From assembly GCA_023247055.1 (NCBI GenBank), contig JAHFHF010000005.1:18985-82984 (forward strand): a DNA stretch of 64,000 nt, given 5' to 3'. The notes beneath the pieces were generated by a model. The model saw only the letters and a list, made by a program, of their open reading frames with translations, had not been told where the DNA came from and ran no database searches. The position numbers and the translations under genes are program-made. Below, in pieces: positions 61,501 to 64,000 of the stretch (the first letter of the stretch is position 1; every line of letters starts with the position of its first letter). This DNA comes from Candidatus Omnitrophota bacterium. GTDB lineage: Bacteria; Omnitrophota; Omnitrophia; Omnitrophales; Aquincolibacteriaceae.

Positions 61501-64000
61501 CAATGCTCCCCGGCCGAATAAAACCGGTGAAACTAAACGGGACATCCGTGCGATCGCGCATCGACTGATGCAAGAAGGCATTGACACAAGCATGCCTTGG
61601 CTTCCTAAAGCCGGCGTGTTTGCGTTCATCTATGCCGATCTTTACAATCCGGCATCTGAAAGAAACGCCGCTCCGGTTGTCGCGATACAAATGCCGGAAA
61701 TCTTGAAATCTGTTGTGAAACCCCAGACACTGCAATCGGATACAGAAACCATTTCTGAAATTGGTTTTGATTGGGGCGGTTCGCTGGCGTTAGTGATGGT
61801 GCCTCCAGCGGCCCGCCATGAACGTTTTGAGCGTCCGCCGGTTAAAAAACGTTTTATTGCGAGGCTTCCAGCCGCTGTGCCCCAGCGGGGCGAATTTGCA
61901 TGGGGCTCTTTTGAACAGCCGGCGGGCGGGGAGCGTCCGCGTTCCGAAATGAGAAATGCCGTGCCCCGAGTGGAAGTCATCGAAGCAGGCCGGAGATTTA
62001 TTCTGACCCTGCCGGCTTCTTCCGGAGCTCAAATTCAGGATCTTTCTGGCAGGACGTTCGAAACATTGACCTTTGACCGGATTGACGGTGCTTATCAAAC
62101 CGCCGATGGCGGCATGACAGCCTCCCTGGATGCTCAAAAACAACGGCTGGTTTTTTTAGGAACGCGTTACGGTTTTGCGGATATCCGGGGAAAAAAAGCG
62201 GTCGTCTATAAACAATTTAATCTGCCGCTGGAGAGCACGGTTTTCGAGCACTTACAAGACCCTTTGCGTGTGCCGCAAGTACTGCCGTTGCCGCCGTCCA
62301 TTTCACCGCCGACTTCCGGATATTCTGCCCCGCTGTCGTATGCGCCGCCGCTGCAGATGCAGAGTCCTATTCCGCGGGGTCTCTTAAAAATCTCGATCAT
62401 GGGAGTGCTGATCGCCGGAGCCGTGTTGGCTTTCTCCGAAGGCTGGATTCCGACTGCCGCCGCTTCTGCAATAGCGACGTTTCAACTCCCATGGACATCT
62501 TCAAGCAGCGCTATGCATCTGGCCTATGGGGGTGGTTTAACCGCCGCCGGGCTCTTGATAGTCTGGGAAACGCGCGACCGTTCGACGCGCAGTTCGCGGA
62601 TGGCATGGACAGCCCGTTTGCGCGGCTGGCTCTTTCGCAGTCTTTTTGTCGGATTTTTTCCCGTGTTTGGATATGCGATCCTGGCTTTCGAACTTGCGCC
62701 GCTGCCGGTGCTCGCGGCCGGACTCTGGCTTTTTTATGGAACTCTTTTTGCCGGCGCGTTTGTTTTTATTTGGGCTCTTACAGTCATGAGCCTGCCCTTT
62801 CGCCGCTGGCTGCCACCTGCCGTTGCGTCTTGGTTTTCATTCAAAAAAGATGTGGCCGCCTTGCTCGGAGTGGCTTTCTTGGCTGCAGCAGGGTATCTAG
62901 GAGCGCAGTCGAATTTGGCACCGTCGATTTTACCCTATCTGCAGGGTTGGATTCCTCTACAGAAAACTTCTACCCTTCCCGAAGAAAACCATCCTCGTCT
63001 GACAGCGCCTTTGGCTGCAGTCCATTGGCCGGCCCCGCAGCAACAACTGCCGCCGGTCTCTCAAGTGCCGCGCCGGTTGTCGCGCGATCTAGTCTCGCTT
63101 GGCTGGGATCCGGCTGCCATGCCGCCGGGTGAACCGGCCAAGGTGACCCGGCCTTCCGGGCCCCGCTCTTTTGAATTTTTAGGGGTGACGCCGCTTCTTT
63201 ACGAAGGCGGGGACGATAAAATTACCACGGTTTTTCTCCTGGCCCAAAAAGAAGGTTATCTTGAAATGGATCCTCGTTCCGGCATCCGCGCCGCCGATTG
63301 GCAGAATCCCGGCAAGGCTTTTGTGATCAAAGGGCCGCAGCCGCTGCTTCGTTACCGGCGGCCTGTGACGGAAACGGAAGCCTCGGCGCTGCGAGAGTTG
63401 ATTGAGCGTTTAAAAGAGGTGGATGCGCGCTATGAGCATGCGGATGCAGCTCTGGACCGCCGTATTGTTCCGCTGAAAACACGGTTGGCAAATAAAGAAG
63501 CCGTGATTACGGAAATCATCAATCATTTTGAAGTCGAGCAGCAGAACCAGGTTTTCGGCACGCTCCTGGCGCCTTTCAGAGCCGGAGAGGAAGGCTGGAT
63601 TCTTCCAGGCAAACGCGCGCTCGGAAGCGCCGTATCCGGGACAGCGCTGGCGCGCTTTCAGAGCCAAAATCGTTTGACGGTCCGCGTTGCCGTGCCCCTA
63701 AGCGTTTGGAAAGATTATGATTTGACGGCGATGCGTGTTGGCGTGACGCTGGAAGGCCAGGAACAAAGCGCGCGTATCGTACACCTTACGGCGGAGCCGC
63801 GTCTCGACGCTCAGATGATTTTAACGCTTGAACTTTTTTCCAAGGGAAAAATTTTTACCTGGAATACCGAAGAAAACGGTCCGGCGCACGTGCGTGTGCG
63901 GTTGGAAATGGAACCGCGGAGGGGCCCTGTTTCTTACAGTCAGAAATTTGACGCTGATGCGTTTGTGAGTTCTTATGCCGAGATTGGCACGCGCGTCCGT
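55538..64000 (+). CDS. Second giant ORF, 3'-partial (at least 2,821 codons to the window end). N-terminal signal anchor, internal multi-TM blocks, and the shared RSEVR motif.
   Basis: GAGGGAG ribosome-binding site 5 nt upstream of the ATG at 55538. Manual frame-2 translation from 55538 showed no stop codon through 64000. N-terminus MNLEQVHTTLEKKTKTAATKGYKKIVAVFLAVLLILQEAVFA. It is absent from the supplied ORF track, presumably because no stop lies in the window. Confidence 0.75.
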   Translation, partial: MNLEQVHTTLEKKTKTAATKGYKKIVAVFLAVLLILQEAVFATPSGNFISGTLTTTPSAISDLVLPRARVLEGIFARLHLPAEFGKIDNFYWGDSRRTVIHIRDLHINTEAQHKIARIIQRVSERYGVRLVLLEGTSGELAHGLLSRYPDRKARVLTGRAFLNEGKMTGPEYLAVTRNPGLILYGVENQELYEQNRAALLKAVDLGHGLKGHLEDLRENVKTLAVRIFQKNIRDWIKNRELFQNNQQSIADYARFLKQVCEQENLPTDTPQLRRLLKLEKIESRLRREGRFKNEIELARYLETVLKQEGGLDAGIFDEIKQIEKTLEAHWFMPPSGLPWDLTSPVSQAVSQLYKLFRILEVYKKMFALSLTREDVEFLYQNREDFDPYALSDALSRLGHRYSLEISTRAFPFMEFEAALEAYEDFYKLALARDETLMTESLKSMKHYHETIAVLVTGGFHTPAIEERLKKEGYNFCTITPALQSGIDFAKDKKLYFRAMQMPQSPVARYAGAGDPTMQLQVPSLFPVKSAFGALGTKLDLPRWMVTYDRAGDLATMMIALAATGLRRAVPGLQPRLQSAFNELSPEEQVLAGIYRRIHGVQTLARSLDARTGSAVVPFTADMGFGLEFNWRPAPFGSAASENPRRQSFSFVTPDGVRSEVRILTEPLLADIAGRNFLRAAQKQKFTSAAAPLPSREPAVSMQAKVRQASRVRTTRSILVNSNIPVPVKTRTPAVKSPGQFTFSTLTVPSLNPLPELAALALTAALSGGFGMLPWMAVLIRLSWFSSIFAHGFGHVLFKWIVDQNHPFDLRESLEGISAREFWTGLIPFTAIYTPGLSAKIPAPVSAGERDAKKISFKALGGPALNLFGAAAAAFLLFSTALSGPAAAGLYTALIFNTLFAALSWSDYMSWAAGSAPWGFACGYLDYVGPRLSTDDKSLVPEDYIESIYNSTRILSGRGNQAYGFQSMALDRNGHVVFLGLKDVNPKRAVLHSRLRGDLKREVLAARRDGFRPLEDLIEYSSHLRFGTSTPPSKKETHPHPSPELLTTYYDWTRGTKEINARNANFQISVRHNGDNDGTKEEEQILEAYPIYAFGKEMSYKEIRRELSRILYEDTTQGDSPVIASMLALYATQGRWGASARLAYLMMAGSLGESFKGLSHPKAIDKITQRWGDIFDAEFQRFKTKIFTQQKGRWVPDRTVIAGEFLPALHQSAAARLRGDKYLGALPVDVLSAFIESAVFAFLHQDTYRAIQMLMATSLPSSTFGLSVSSTLEPKTKFWVAKGQPGALGHNPDTGAFIAASDPGAVFEGLNERSRFLTFNDDQGEIIRLDMSQARAPVLNIFSMAAHRELSPQEIQARWVAIAGNPYIQLPPSQDGRSNLKRDLEELNDILINVNDSFDARYRASRKAPSNRITADRFNTALIEIARQKKNRDDHEADILFIAEGPSYDLLQRKIQDLKSLAPGIRVHVVQGNQYMENKDAYYSGIGSAFKIGKETIVFSVSQSGMTFSNVEAVRDAEIMRKNSLLKDVFVMTGEWFSVLGRSLGQDYFPDSDFSGRIFSNMSGRRYSEAATMADATDFFLTKLLIDAFKNLAAQSPADVSAAPLFGVKLSVSELNRLEANIAPFLHSGIAKITGRGAHGREVRSPENEGLLLQGQDIANHISEQFFATSMVRFYTFVSTQLSLPVFKVLALLFTMTALWATGVESFSVLLQNISTLEMAMFFGVWFIAHEADAFFYTWQDKFFIYLIRFMQGREIMARTGSRFLAIGGPYWSLLRDYFRAALLEAPAGLQLAGVDGRETAGDFVHRFKDSPRGTLVLIQTADPENATTAQDSAAGAWKMAMSQLDGVRNFNVGPYILANTTNPKLAGRYKARTVAVSAPAVQAPDDIDRMLNVRWFEELKLLVSGQVIAAEMAEKLSKIEVPFYVRRSESAYAYLLQAFLGFFSRIYSALVLRANDFMMQNLFRAAPYDRMFTPGKGQSGLTVFTTQINAPRPNKTGETKRDIRAIAHRLMQEGIDTSMPWLPKAGVFAFIYADLYNPASERNAAPVVAIQMPEILKSVVKPQTLQSDTETISEIGFDWGGSLALVMVPPAARHERFERPPVKKRFIARLPAAVPQRGEFAWGSFEQPAGGERPRSEMRNAVPRVEVIEAGRRFILTLPASSGAQIQDLSGRTFETLTFDRIDGAYQTADGGMTASLDAQKQRLVFLGTRYGFADIRGKKAVVYKQFNLPLESTVFEHLQDPLRVPQVLPLPPSISPPTSGYSAPLSYAPPLQMQSPIPRGLLKISIMGVLIAGAVLAFSEGWIPTAAASAIATFQLPWTSSSSAMHLAYGGGLTAAGLLIVWETRDRSTRSSRMAWTARLRGWLFRSLFVGFFPVFGYAILAFELAPLPVLAAGLWLFYGTLFAGAFVFIWALTVMSLPFRRWLPPAVASWFSFKKDVAALLGVAFLAAAGYLGAQSNLAPSILPYLQGWIPLQKTSTLPEENHPRLTAPLAAVHWPAPQQQLPPVSQVPRRLSRDLVSLGWDPAAMPPGEPAKVTRPSGPRSFEFLGVTPLLYEGGDDKITTVFLLAQKEGYLEMDPRSGIRAADWQNPGKAFVIKGPQPLLRYRRPVTETEASALRELIERLKEVDARYEHADAALDRRIVPLKTRLANKEAVITEIINHFEVEQQNQVFGTLLAPFRAGEEGWILPGKRALGSAVSGTALARFQSQNRLTVRVAVPLSVWKDYDLTAMRVGVTLEGQEQSARIVHLTAEPRLDAQMILTLELFSKGKIFTWNTEENGPAHVRVRLEMEPRRGPVSYSQKFDADAFVSSYAEIGTRVR

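Noticed and set aside
1-64000. tRNA and rRNA genes.
   Set aside because: I found no T-loop-like GGTTCGAATCC contexts with cloverleaf potential and no rRNA-like segments.

Overview
This 64 kb window (about 52% GC, no rRNA or tRNA, no CRISPR array) is flanked by two very large ORFs, both on the + strand. The first runs through the window start to a TAA at 23757 (over 7,900 codons). The second begins at an ATG at 55538 and is still open at position 64000 (over 2,800 codons). It is missing from the supplied ORF track, presumably because it has no stop codon in the window. Both giant ORFs carry a nucleotide-conserved in-frame hairpin motif, consensus GCCCGCTCCGAA(A/G)TGCGG, encoding Ala-Arg-Ser-Glu-Met/Val-Arg. 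There are about 14 copies in ORF 1 and 1-2 in ORF 2, plus three copies in ORF 1 of a related degenerate S-E-[MI]-[QR] variant. ORF 1 also contains a perfect 19-bp inverted repeat, internal twin-arginine-like signal motifs, an HExxH motif and internal transmembrane segments, which suggests a modular or polyprotein-like architecture. Between the giants lies an ordinary core-metabolism region. A toxin/antitoxin-like pair and a frameshifted DUF5615-like pseudogene sit just downstream of ORF 1. These are followed by a roughly 1,170-aa enzyme (tentatively a PPi-type PEP carboxykinase family member), an MscS-family channel, and a livKHMGF branched-chain amino-acid ABC operon on the - strand. Upstream of the liv operon is an 80-bp tandem repeat array that is not CRISPR. 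Next comes a putative copper-handling cluster: a cupredoxin-like lipoprotein, two YHS-domain proteins, a DUF2231 membrane protein and a permease. Further genes are an aminotransferase, a radical-SAM SplB-like protein, a GT2 glycosyltransferase, a cyclodeaminase with folD, panB, an unusual degenerate-REC/GGDEF/MshEN regulator, a hemX-like-hemA-hemC-cobA/hemD-hemB cluster, a nitroreductase and a phosphofructokinase. Intergenic spaces carry a dispersed MITE/REP-like element family (terminal inverted repeat GTCATTGCGRGGC, 5 copies) and a 58-bp x3 tandem array. They also carry a second hairpin family with a GGCATGCC core and a duplicated hemA 5' end that forms an upstream mini-ORF with a strong hairpin. 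Several start codons are preceded by CU-rich repeats instead of Shine-Dalgarno sequences. The taxon cannot be determined from sequence alone. Giant genes of this size are known from some uncultivated lineages such as Omnitrophota, but that assignment is only a guess.
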